DNA of 64,000 nucleotides. Origin: Macrostomum hystrix. Lineage: Eukaryota > Animalia > Platyhelminthes. This document shows, one piece after another, positions 10,901 through 22,400 of this stretch. The notes below the pieces were generated by a model. That model made no database searches, had not been told where the DNA came from, and was given only the letters and a program-made list of their open reading frames with translations. Location of the stretch: positions 7,130,001 to 7,194,000 of the forward strand of contig CATNEN010000025.1 of NCBI GenBank assembly GCA_950097015.1, read 5' to 3'. The position numbers and the translations under genes were made by a program. Numbering within the stretch: the first letter of the stretch is position 1; the number at the start of each line of letters is the position of its first letter.

Positions 10901-13900
10901 GATTTCCCTGGTGAGCTGGGATTTCCCTGGTGGGTTGGGATTTCCCTGGTGGGTCGGGGTTTCCCTGGTGGGTTGGGATTTCCCTGAAGATTTAGGATTT
11001 TCATGATTAGTTGAGATTTACCTGGTGAATTTTTTTCACATTTGTTTGAGTTTTCCTGGCTAGACGGGATATCTCTGGTGAGTCTGGATTTCCCTACTGC
11101 CTACTGAGTTGGAATTTCCCAACTGAGTTGGGATTTTCATAGGGGGGTCGGTGGCAGAGCGGTTAACGCGTTTGCCTCTCGCACCAAGGTCCCTAAGTTC
11201 GATTAAACGGGAGGCTACATTCATTTTGGGCGCAGCAGCGGACAGAAGGCTTGGGGGCTTGTCGTGCAATTTACGTCCTTGAGGGCCAACCTCCGAGGCA
11301 CGATGAGAAAGTCAGGGCAGATGTACACACCTGCGTGAGCGTGTGACTGCGTACAGTATCTGTGTGTGTGCTCAGGAGTCAGCGAAATAGGCAGAATTGC
11401 CTCCTCGCTGGCTGCAGGTCTAGTGTCACGAAATGATGTGCCACTGCCCGCAGGCCTCCTGCAATTATTTATTTTTATTATTGGGATTTCCCTACTGAAG
11501 TTTGGATTTCCCTACTGACTTGGGATTTCCCTACTGAAGTTTGGATTTCCCTACTGACTTGGGATTTCCCTACTGACTTGGGATTTCCCTGCTGAAGTTT
11601 GGATTTCCCTACTGACTTGGGATTTCCCTACTGAGTTCAGATTTCCCTAGCGAGTCTGGATTTCCCTACTAAGGTGGGACATCCCGTTCGAAATGGTGAT
11701 TTGCCGGATGAGTTATAATTTCCATTTGAGCTTAGATTTCGAATATATGGATTTTAACGAGTCAGGGATTTAGGACTTTTGATATTTGAAAAAATCCAAA
11801 GCTGGAGACACCAGAATTTAATTTCTTAGAAAGTTAAGCATCAAAGCTGAGATTTTTGTTGCGACACTGGCATGTTTAACCTTTAATGTATAGCAGAACT
11901 CTCAGCATTATCTGAAGTGTCATAGGGGGGTGCTTTCGTGCACGACACTCACGTGAGTTGAACTAGAAGAGTGCGGCCGCGTGCACTTCCTGTGCAGAAT
12001 TACAACATAATTAGTTTTTTAGGTCACTGTTTAGGCCGAGCTGTCAATCAATCTATACACTCTACACCACCTGATGATATGCAATAAAACCTTCGAGGAC
12101 TTAACGATTTGCTGAATAGTCACATGACACGGCCATTCGATATGACAACCATTTAGATCATTCTCAAGCTGCAGACATGGCGAAAAGATACACAAAACTC
12201 AAACGTGAGATCTGCCTGTTCTAGATTGTTTCACAAATTGTCTCCCATTTCGGAATATTACAAAATCGAGGCTGCGACCTCCCCAACCCCAACTGACCTC
12301 CAGAGTGGACAGGTGTCTGTTTTCCGTTTTCCCGAGGCCTAGCCTTCCTAAAAATATAGCAGCTAAAATTCTAAAGCAGAATTAAATGCTTCTTGTGTTT
12401 CGAAGAAAAACGAAAAATTTTGAACATTTTTATGCTAATCATATGCTAATCAAACAGACGCAAATCTGTTTATGTTTCGAAGTAAATTTTCAAATCTAGT
12501 TTTTAGAAAACCTTGAAAATCAAAGTGGATTTATTAAAGTTGAGAAATATGATTTGCCGCCGCCTCCTCACGTAGTAGAGCTTCGGAAGAGCTTAAGAAT
12601 CCTGAGGTCGGGATTTCTAATCCCAGAAGAGGAAAACAATCTTACTTTAATGACCTGATAGCCACTGCCTGTCGATCGATCACTCACCCAGCCTTGGTGA
12701 CCGCCGCGAATGTTGTCGCCGAGCCGGTCGCCATCGTAGTCGCCGCAGCTGCCATCGACCTGAGCGCCCGCATCAAGGTGTCAACCGCCGGCGCGGCCTC
12801 CCGCCTGTCCAGCAGCACCAGGTGATGCCTGGTGCGGTTAAACTTTGTCACAGCAGTTGCCGCCGCCTCGCCGCCGTCTAGCGGCCCGCCACCGCCGCCT
12901 CCTCCTCCTCCAGCGTTGGAAGAGCAGACGATGTCGCAGGAAAGGCCCAGACACTCGGCCGCCTTGACGAAGCGTCGCAGCAGGGCATCGTCCGGTGGGA
13001 ATACAAGCAGAACCTGCTTCAAGGAGCAGTTGGCCCATTGCAAATGCATATCGAGTTTTTAAGTAAACTTGTTTTGACAAGCTTGACAGTTAAGGAAAGT
13101 CCTGAATTCAAGAAGATTGTATCGTAGGACTATCTTTCTTTGAAAGTCTTTGGGCCTTGAGAGCAGCCATAGATATTGTGGGGCTATTGATATTGTGGGG
13201 CTATTGATATTGTGAGGCTATTGATATTGCGGGGCTATTGATATTGCGGGGCTATTGATATTGTGGGGCTATTGATATTGCGGGGCTTTTGATATTGTGG
13301 GGCTATTGATATTGCGGGGCTATTGATATTGCGGGGCTATTGATATTGCGGGGCTATTGATATTGTGGGGCTATTGATATTGTGGGGCTATTGATATTGT
13401 GGGGCTATTGATATTGTGGGGCTATTGATATTGTGGGGCTATTGATATTGTGGGGCTATTGATATTGTGGGGCTATTGATATTGTGGGGCTATTGATATT
13501 GTAGGGCTATTGATATTGTAGGGCTATTGATATTGTGGGGCTATTGATATTGTGGGGCTATTGATATTGTGGGGCTATTGATATTGTGGGGCTATTGATA
13601 TTGTGGGGCTATTGATATTGTGGGGCTATTGATATTGTGGGGCTATTGATATTGTGGGGCTATTGATATTGTGGGGCTATTGATATTGTGGGGCTATTGA
13701 TATTGTGGGGCTATTGATATTGTGGGGCTATTTATATTGTGAGGCTATTGATATTGTGGGGCTATTGATATTGTGGGGCTATTGATATTGTGGGGCTATT
13801 GATATTGTGAGGCTATTGATATTGTGGGGCTATTGATATTGTGGGGCTATTGATATTGTGGGGCTATTGATATTGTGAGGCTATTGATATTGTGAGGCTA

Positions 13901-16900
13901 TTTATATTGTGGGGCTATTGATATTGTGAGGCTATTGATATTGTGAGGCTATTTATATTGTGGGGCTATTGATATTGTGAGGCTATTGATATTGTGGGGC
14001 TATTGATAATGTGGGGCTATTGATATTGTGGGGCTATTGATATTGTGGGGCTATTGATATTGTGGGGCTATTGATATTGTGAGGCTATTGATATTGTGGG
14101 GCTATTGATATTGTGGGGCTATTGATATTGTGGGGCTATTGATATTGTGGGCTATTGATATTGTGAGGCTATTTATATTGTGGGGCTATTGATATTGTGG
14201 GCTATTGATATTGTGGGGCTATTGTTATTTACAAGGCTTATTCTTCTGTTGCTGTACTATCAGAGCTGCAGTTCTGCCATGGAAAGGAAATCTCCAGTGA
14301 GGTCTCATTAGGCGCCTGATTTACCAGCAGCTCCAGTGGCGAGTCCAGTGGTTCCGTTTGTATTTCAGTATTTCCGCAGCAAACAACTGAAGGCCTGAAT
14401 CTATACCCTTACTTTCATTCATTATCATAACGGGGGTGTGCTGGCAAATATCATAAGAGCCACCATGAGCCTTCTTCTGCCTGGCTCGTTCTTAGTAAAC
14501 AGTGGCCAAATTGAATGCACTTTTGTATTCTCTGGCAGTGCCACACTGGTAGACTAATTTCTTTACTGTGCTTACACACACAGGACTGCATGAGCATAAG
14601 CGTGTTGCCATGCCGACAGGCAGCAACACAGATGAAAAAAATGGCAAAGTTTTCATCCTCCATTCGCGTGAAGTAATTTGGTTCCTTTCTACGGCAGCCG
14701 TAGTAACAAGGTGCGTTTGGATAAGGTGCTAGCTGTCTTGGGTGTTAAAATTTCTAGCCCTCTACGGCTGTTAGAGGCTGTTGGCTGTTGGCTTCGTCCC
14801 CAAAAAGTCGGCATATTGTTTCTCTGCCGTAACGCGGCACGGTGGGTATCGAAAAGCGCTTTCCAAACTGGCCAACCAAACCTTCCGTTTTTTACCTGCC
14901 CGCCACAGTGCCTCAATTATTTAGAGGGAAAACACGAGATGGCAGGGAGTAAGCCAGCCTACGTACCAGCGGACCCTTTGGCTCCAGTCAAATAGTGAGT
15001 TGGTCGAGTAGGCGGGAGGTGAGGATGTTGGCAACACAATCTGCCAGGTCGGGGGGAGACAAGATGTCGCGCTATTGCGGATCGGAACAGTGTGTATGTG
15101 GAGCCATAAAAGTGCAGAATAATGTACTCCCAACACTCGCTCTCCAACGAAAGGCCGCAGGTTTGTATCCGGGTCAATCTGTCTCCTGGCTGCTGCGTCC
15201 AAAAACCATGGTTGCACCATCAATAGGATCGGGGACTATGTGTCAGCTGGCATGAAACTTACATTTTCTGTGTGCATCTACCTCACTTTTTATCTACGAT
15301 TATATCCTTCTTGTCCTGATTCTCTGCCTTGCTGTTTTGATGTGTCCTTGAAAATTGTTAATGTTCCTATGTATAAGCGCCAGGATTGATAGTCTAGTAA
15401 TCTCTGCAGCTAGGCAAAAATATTTAGGACATATTTTGAAAAACTCGGTGATTGACGCTGGCATTGGACTGGCTGTGGCAGCGCGTGATTTTTTCTAATA
15501 CGGATGCAAGGAGTTCCGAGCAGAATCTGAGCACGGGCCTAATGTTTTAACAAGCATCTTGCAGGGCCTCAAGGATGTTTGCGCACTCAAGCTGCGAGAT
15601 GGGGTTGGGTTGGCTGAGAGGCAGCTAAAAGTACAACCAAAATGGGATTGACAGGTCCAAGTATTCACTTTCAGAGTTGCTCGCTGCCCTAAAAAATCTT
15701 GAGAAGCAACAATAGTGCTCATAGCGGAGGGACTCACAGAAATTGCGGCGCCTTCACTTGTCCACAAGCCCTGTAGGCTGGGCGGTAAGCTCTGCGAAAC
15801 AAGATTGAGAACATAAAATACGCATTTAAAAGTCGTGTCATATCGTTTGATTTGCAAGGTAGGGTCCAACTCAGCATTACTGCCCGACTAAATACCTGGT
15901 CGACCATATCGTATTTAAACGTGTGCAACGTGTGGCCGTTGTTGCGAAAAGGTAGGATAAAGAGATCAGAAGCTTCACGCCTTCGTCAGCTCGGCCTTCT
16001 GAAAGCAGAAGCTAGACATTTTCCGCTTCTTTTGGCTTCTATAAAAATGTCTAGTATTTCTTTCCAGCAGCCGAATGGATTTCGCTGCCCTCTTTACATT
16101 CTCCCTTTCTGTCGGGCGGTGTATTTGCTAAAACGTGTCGAGTGTGTGTCTTATTCTGTGGAGCGTGCAAAAGTCGTACCAGAGTAGCAGAGAATGGCAG
16201 AGCCAACGCTGCAATTGGCCCAGCTCTCTTGTTTTCTCTCATTCTCTCATTTATTAAATTTACTGCCTGGCACTGATTCTCTCTCTGTCTACCTGCCGAT
16301 GTGTTGGGGTCCCTATGTGCTTCTGTATTCACCTTCTGTAAATATCGCTTTCGCGTGAGCTATAGACTATCTTACATTTTTTCGTTGGTTTTTTAGCTTT
16401 ATTAAAATTTTTGTGCTCATAAAGCTCAAAATTCTCTGTGTATCTACGAGCTCATAGCTACACTACCAATATATACGAGAACTTAAGCTAGCTTAAAGAA
16501 ACGCAGAATGGGACAAAGCTCTGCTACTGTCTCTGAAAGACGTAAATTCAAACTAAAGCCTTGTAACCTCTAGTGTGAACTAACGTCTAAGCGGCAGTTT
16601 ATAATATAATCGTTTAAAATAACTACGAGTTATTCTGAAAAATCGGCTCAGAAATCAGCTACGGAGACTTGTACTGGATGTACGAGTATAATGTAGCAGC
16701 AGCAATAACAAGATCATTACCGGTCTTCTCCAAGAGTCACTGAACTGTTTCCTAAATGGAATTACATCTTTTTCTAGCATATACGAGCTAAATAGTTGGT
16801 CTTCTGGACCCAGTGGCTGGTGAAGCAGAAACTGTCTGTTTGCGCCGTGCGGCCGAATTGCAGATCCGCATATTTCACGCCTGGTCAGTTTGCAGCACCG

Positions 16901-17168
16901 CGTGGTCATGAATATAGATTTCAGGTTTTCTCTCTTCTGTGCACTATACTCAAAAGTTCGTTCTTTGATGAAGCTATGTAGAGGTAAGTGTCTTGCTAAA
17001 GGACACAAACTGTTCCAGTGGAGTCGGGAATCGAACACCCGATCCCAACGTTGAGCAAAGCCAGCTGACCAGCTCCATTCAGCTCACCTGAGAATGCTCC
17101 TGAATTCCTCTGGCATCCCCGTTGTTGGACCTGACAGTCCGCTTCAGCTTGCACGATACGCAACCCAT
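1935..17168 (-). CDS. PDE8: PDE8-family cAMP phosphodiesterase, 5' part (REC-like + PAS + linker; catalytic exons lie left of this span or outside the window)
   Basis: Phase-compatible GT-AG exons read by hand on the minus strand: 17168-17088 (MGCVSCK..., like the PDE8 MGC N-terminus; least certain exon), 13013-12688 (VLLVFPPDD...HHLVLLDRR, REC-like), 10705-10654 (SQLSDLLQLGYDI), 7888-7715 (...TALGNCSDAVEITDEKFAIQ), 7021-6872 (YVNSAHERMFGYAMSELAGRN, PAS), 3511-3423 (WDGILTGRRKSG), 3067-2815 (...IDAPINK), 2102-1935 (VINLIGMVQESSSPAVSAALDKVLEILH...SDYVGGLM). These match vertebrate PDE8 motifs as I recall them (IEAPITKVINII...ALDRVLEILR...SDLVGGLM). Confidence 0.88.
3568..6790. repeat. 28-bp satellite (GAAGAAGAGTCGCTCAGGGAGGTCTGGA)n, >110 copies, filling one PDE8 intron
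   Basis: Directly visible. A variant block AGAGTTGCTTTAAGAGG...GATTGG recurs near 4107, 4656, 5205 and 6199. Confidence 0.97.
7440..7690 (-). mobile_element. tRNA-derived SINE, family A (diverged, minus strand)
   Basis: Reverse complement of the head and body at 11142-11480 (GGTCAGAGCGGTCTAACGCGTCCGCCTCTTGCAC...GAGCTCGAATCC; AGAAGGCTAGGGGGTTGTCGTGCAATTTACG). Confidence 0.75.
7926..8245 (+). mobile_element. tRNA-derived SINE, family B (CORE-like central block, (ATT)n tail)
   Basis: A box TAGCCTAGTGGT and B box GTTCGATTCC, central TAGCAAGACGCTTAA...AAATGGGTACC, and a (ATT)n tail. A homologous inverted copy lies at 62640-62925. Confidence 0.8.
8750..8992. repeat. (CTCCT)n pentanucleotide microsatellite
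   Basis: Directly visible. Confidence 0.98.
9001..9256. repeat. (GTGTGTGA)n/(GT)n microsatellite adjoining the (CTCCT)n tract
   Basis: Directly visible. Confidence 0.97.
9804..10280. repeat. 15-bp minisatellite (GGGACATGGGATAAT)n, ~31 copies
   Basis: Directly visible and nearly perfect. Confidence 0.98.
10822..11135. repeat. GGGATTTCCC-core ~19-20-bp minisatellite (left part)
   Basis: Repeated TTGGGATTTCCCTGGTGGG, degenerating to the right. Confidence 0.85.
11142..11481 (+). mobile_element. tRNA-derived SINE, family A (apparently full length)
   Basis: A box TGGCAGAGCGG, B box GTTCGATT, unique body and AT-rich (ATT) tail. Close homologs at 59132-59446, 7440-7690 and 55005-55270. Confidence 0.82.
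11482..11680. repeat. GGGATTTCCC-core ~19-20-bp minisatellite (right part)
   Basis: Repeated TTGGGATTTCCCTACTGAC. Confidence 0.85.
13173..14225. repeat. 17-bp minisatellite (ATTGATATTGTGGGGCT)n, ~60 copies
   Basis: Directly visible. Confidence 0.97.
16965..17050 (-). mobile_element. SINE family B fragment
   Basis: GGTAAGTGTCTTGCTAAAGGACACAA...GGGAATCGAAC matches the reverse of the family B CORE-like block and B box. Confidence 0.55.
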
Positions 17169-19070
17169 GAGCTGCTCAGACAGGAACTAAGAATTGCTTT
17201 TCGTTGGCTTTGTCGGCTTTTTTAGATTGATAAATTTTCGGGTCGAATCCTCAATGCCGATGCAATCATCATATGGGTGCTGCTCAGTAGTCTCAATTTA
17301 TGCCTGGGAACATCACCGACTTGACTGCCCGTTGAGATTTTAACGATAGAATCACCAATGTGTGTGTAGGCAGGTTTGGGTTGTTGTACCTCATCAGAAA
17401 ACTGGATTGCGGGCAGACTCAGGCTATTGGGGATTTTTGTGGGGAGGTAGGGGTGACGGGATTGGGGCGCGCTCCGGTTGGCCGCTGCAGGATAGAAATA
17501 TGACTACTACAATATATAGGGAAGCGAGGGGACACGCGGCAGGAGAGGAAAAGCCAAGTACTGCACTTGAATCAGCCTTCTCATCGGATTGTTCATCGCT
17601 CGTGCGCTTTATATAATTTCTCATTTTCTCTGCTGAGGAGTTTTCAGCAGCCCGTTGCGTAACTCGGATTGAGTATGCGACGAGTGACAGGAGGGAACGA
17701 GGAAGCGGACAGGAAGATGAGATTCCAACTGCATGGGTAGAGGGGAAGAGAACGAGAGGCTGGAAACTGATGCGCGAAGTGAAGTCGAATAGACAGACGG
17801 CTTGCAACCTGACAAGTCGACGAGTAGGGCAGATGGGGAATAGGGATGGCATTTGAAATGGCCTTCCGTTGCTCTTTAGCATCAGCGCAGCAGCAGCAAG
17901 TGAGAATTAAAGCTCGAGGTTGGGTTTCCTTGCTCATCCTGCCCATCCTCCTTGCTCAGCCACTTGCTCATCTACGTAGCTCTGTCTGTCTGTCTTTTCA
18001 ATCTTCCCCAAGGGAGAACAGTGTGTTGCCGTTTTTTTCAAACTCAGATAATTGGATGCAGATCGCATTAGCTGATCGAATCTGGGCAATGCTAAATTAT
18101 GACGTCATAGTACGTGATGAAACCCGAGAATAGGCCCAATGAGTGCACTGAAGTCCCGCGGTGCTGATCTCTCTGATCTTGCATCCCCCCAGGCACCCTA
18201 GCGATCACACCCTAGCTAGATGTTGTGGTAGCTAAGTTGTGATCCGATTGGCCAAGGTATCTAAGTTTACATTGTTTATCCTACTCATAATTCCAGTCAG
18301 AGAGCTTTTATGGAAGGGACTAATTGGAGTTATTCAGCGACACCACTTCTGGTTCTAGCTGACTTCATATCTAAAACCTATGCCGAGTCTGAAGCCTCGG
18401 TTACTACGACTGTTACACTACGCTAGTGGCACACTGTGCTGGGCGGTTAGGGCTTAAAATGTGTTTTTTTGCGTACGGAGACGTTCGTTTAGTGCTTTAA
18501 GTCCATTTCCTGCTATGAATAACGCGCTCGCTAAAGTTTAAATCAAGAGATTCGATCCCTTATTGCAAGGTCAGTGACACGCTTTTCTGGTATACATGCC
18601 TAGTCTTAATGGGTGTGAAGGTGTGTACAAGTCGTACTGCAAATTGTAATATCATAACTGTATTTATATATAGTATAGTTATATATAGTTACATAATCTT
18701 TCTAATGATATACCCACCATCTCCTCTAGTATTCCTGCAACTTTCTCTTACTCTACTAAGAGATCCAGCATAGTAAATTTGTGACAAAATATTTCGAATT
18801 TGATTCGTTGCCTCTATAAATAATTAAACTCTTGACGGGAAAACTCTTTTAATGCATTGTCTGTATGAATTCATTGGAATCAGCATTAAGGAAACGTTTA
18901 TTATATCTCGTAGGCATGAGCTAATGTAACTTCAATCAGTTAATATCAACATGATTTTATCATATAATTACTTACTTAAGGAGACAAAACTGTTTTTAAG
19001 CTTTCTAAATGTTATTCTTCAAAACCTTTTTGTTGTTCCTGAAATCGTTATTGGGATTCGCAAAAAATCA

Positions 19071-19421
19071 CGTCTATACTTCCAGTACCAGAACCAGTAC
19101 CAGAACCAGTACCAGAAAAAAATTATGTTATAGCCAACAAAAAATCGACAAGCAACTAATAAAAAGACTTCTAACAGATGAAATACTTATAAATCAGTCC
19201 GAAAATATCATTATTGAGAATAAAATTAATAAATATCGACGAACTTGCGCACAACACACAAAAAAATCACAACTCAAAACTCACCTCATTGAATGTGTTT
19301 GTATAATTTATTATTTTTATAATCATCGTAAACTTCATCAAAAAAACTAGAAATATAACCTCACTTTTGCACTTCGCAGGATTATTACTCGTACATCATA
19401 TACAGCTGAGAGCAAAGATAA
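19071..19421 (+). repeat. Left terminal inverted repeat, unique outer segment (351 bp)
   Basis: Reverse complement of 48212-48681, apart from a 119-bp indel and at least one substitution. Confidence 0.95.
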
Positions 19422-22400
19422 GGAAGGAAACATTATCTGTGAACACGGCTGTAAAATTTCAGAGCCCTGACTAGTCGCGTCTCGGAGTTGTAGACCCTCG
19501 AGTCCCCCCCACTCTGATATCTCCCATTTTAAAAGTACTTTTCGTCACCTCACTGAATCTGGTGGTCAGACGAGGCTGAAAACTCAGATCTGGAAGGAAA
19601 CATTATCTGTGAACACGGCTGTAAAATTTCAGAGCCCTGACTAGTCGCGTCTCGGAGTTGTAGACCCTCGAGTCCCCCCCACTCTGATATCTCCCATTTT
19701 AAAAGTACTTTTCGTCACCTCACTGAATCTGGTGGTCAAAAGAAGCTGAAAACTCAGATCTGGAAGGAAACATTATCTGTGAACACGGCTGTAAAATTTC
19801 AGAGCCCTGACTAGTCGCGTCTCGGAGTTGTAGACCCTCGAGTCCCCCCCACTCTGATATCTCCCATTTTAAAAGTACTTTTCGTCACCTCACTGAATCT
19901 GGTGGTCAAAAGAAGCTGAAAACTCAGATCTGGAAGGAAACATTATCTGTGAACACGGCTGTAAAATTTCAGAGCCCTGACTAGTCGCGTCTCGGAGTTG
20001 TAGACCCTCGAGTCCCCCCCACTCTGATATCTCCCATTTTAAAAGTACTTTTCGTCACCTCACTGAATCTGGTGGTCAGACGAGGCTGAAAACTCAGATC
20101 TGGAAGGAAACATTATCTGTGAACACGGCTGTAAAATTTCAGAGCCCTGACTAGTCGCGTCTCGGAGTTGTAGACCCTCGAGTCCCCCCCACTCTGATAT
20201 CTCCCATTTTAAAAGTACTTTTCGTCACCTCACTGAATCTGGTGGTCAAAAGAAGCTGAAAACTCAGATCTGGAAGGAAACATTATCTGTGAACACGGCT
20301 GTAAAATTTCAGAGCCCTGACTAGTCGCGTCTCGGAGTTGTAGACCCTCGAGTCCCCCCCACTCTGATATCTCCCATTTTAAAAGTACTTTTCGTCACCT
20401 CACTGAATCTGGTGGTCAAAAGAAGCTGAAAACTCAGATCTGGAAGGAAACATTATCTGTGAACACGGCTGTAAAATTTCAGAGCCCTGACTAGTCGCGT
20501 CTCGGAGTTGTAGACCCTCGAGTCCCCCCCACTCTGATATCTCCCATTTTAAAAGTACTTTTCGTCACCTCACTGAATCTGGTGGTCAGACGAGGCTGAA
20601 AACTCAGATCTGGAAGGAAACATTATCTGTGAACACGGCTGTAAAATTTCAGAGCCCTGACTAGTCGCGTCTCGGAGTTGTAGACCCTCGAGTCCCCCCC
20701 ACTCTGATATCTCCCATTTTAAAAGTACTTTTCGTCACCTCACTGAATCTGGTGGTCAAAAGAAGCTGAAAACTCAGATCTGGAAGGAAACATTATCTGT
20801 GAACACGGCTGTAAAATTTCAGAGCCCTGACTAGTCGCGTCTCGGAGTTGTAGACCCTCGAGTCCCCCCCACTCTGATATCTCCCATTTTAAAAGTACTT
20901 TTCGTCACCTCACTGAATCTGGTGGTCAGACGAGGCTGAAAACTCAGATCTGGAAGGAAACATTATCTGTGAACACGGCTGTAAAATTTCAGAGCCCTGA
21001 CTAGTCGCGTCTCGGAGTTGTAGACCCTCGAGTCCCCCCCACTCTGATATCTCCCATTTTAAAAGTACTTTTCGTCACCTCACTGAATCTGGTGGTCAAA
21101 AGAAGCTGAAAACTCAGATCTGGAAGGAAACATTATCTGTGAACACGGCTGTAAAATTTCAGAGCCCTGACTAGTCGCGTCTCGGAGTTGTAGACCCTCG
21201 AGTCCCCCCCACTCTGATATCTCCCATTTTAAAAGTACTTTTCGTCACCTCACTGAATCTGGTGGTCAAAAGAAGCTGAAAACTCAGATCTGGAAGGAAA
21301 CATTATCTGTGAACACGGCTGTAAAATTTCAGAGCCCTGACTAGTCGCGTCTCGGAGTTGTAGACCCTCGAGTCCCCCCCACTCTGATATCTCCCATTTT
21401 AAAAGTACTTTTCGTCACCTCACTGAATCTGGTGGTCAAAAGAAGCTGAAAACTCAGATCTGGAAGGAAACATTATCTGTGAACACGGCTGTAAAATTTC
21501 AGAGCCCTGACTAGTCGCGTCTCGGAGTTGTAGACCCTCGAGTCCCCCCCACTCTGATATCTCCCATTTTAAAAGTACTTTTCGTCACCTCACTGAATCT
21601 GGTGGTCAGACGAGGCTGAAAACTCAGATCTGGAAGGAAACATTATCTGTGAACACGGCTGTAAAATTTCAGAGCCCTGACTAGTCGCGTCTCGGAGTTG
21701 TAGACCCTCGAGTCCCCCCCACTCTGATATCTCCCATTTTAAAAGTACTTTTCGTCACCTCACTGAATCTGGTGGTCAGACGAGGCTGAAAACTCAGATC
21801 TGGAAGGAAACATTATCTGTGAACACGGCTGTAAAATTTCAGAGCCCTGACTAGTCGCGTCTCGGAGTTGTAGACCCTCGAGTCCCCCCCACTCTGATAT
21901 CTCCCATTTTAAAAGTACTTTTCGTCACCTCACTGAATCTGGTGGTCAGACGAGGCTGAAAACTCAGATCTGGAAGGAAACATTATCTGTGAACACGGCT
22001 GTAAAATTTCAGAGCCCTGACTAGTCGCGTCTCGGAGTTGTAGACCCTCGAGTCCCCCCCACTCTGATATCTCCCATTTTAAAAGTACTTTTCGTCACCT
22101 CACTGAATCTGGTGGTCAGACGAGGCTGAAAACTCAGATCTGGAAGGAAACATTATCTGTGAACACGGCTGTAAAATTTCAGAGCCCTGACTAGTCGCGT
22201 CTCGGAGTTGTAGACCCTCGAGTCCCCCCCACTCTGATATCTCCCATTTTAAAAGTACTTTTCGTCACCTCACTGAATCTGGTGGTCAGACGAGGCTGAA
22301 AACTCAGATCTAGAAGGAAACATTATCTGTGAACACGGCTGTAAAATTTCAGAGCCCTGACTAGTCGCGTCTCGGAGTTGTAGACCCTCGAGTCCCCCCC

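Noticed and set aside
14325-15775. Extra PDE8 5' exons (14394-14325; about 15771-15739) and possible decayed retroelement coding remnants at 14680-15760
   Set aside because: Splice signals are plausible, but phases do not chain cleanly with exon 1 and there is no recognisable motif.
19009-19350. ORF 19009-19350 and its mirror 48414-48692
   Set aside because: They match only because they read through the two terminal inverted repeats; no protein motif.
19441-19610. Several 6-bp palindromes within the 170-bp unit (CTCGAG, ACTAGT, AGATCT, AGTACT, GATATC)
   Set aside because: About 2-3 are expected by chance in 170 bp, so five is not convincing.
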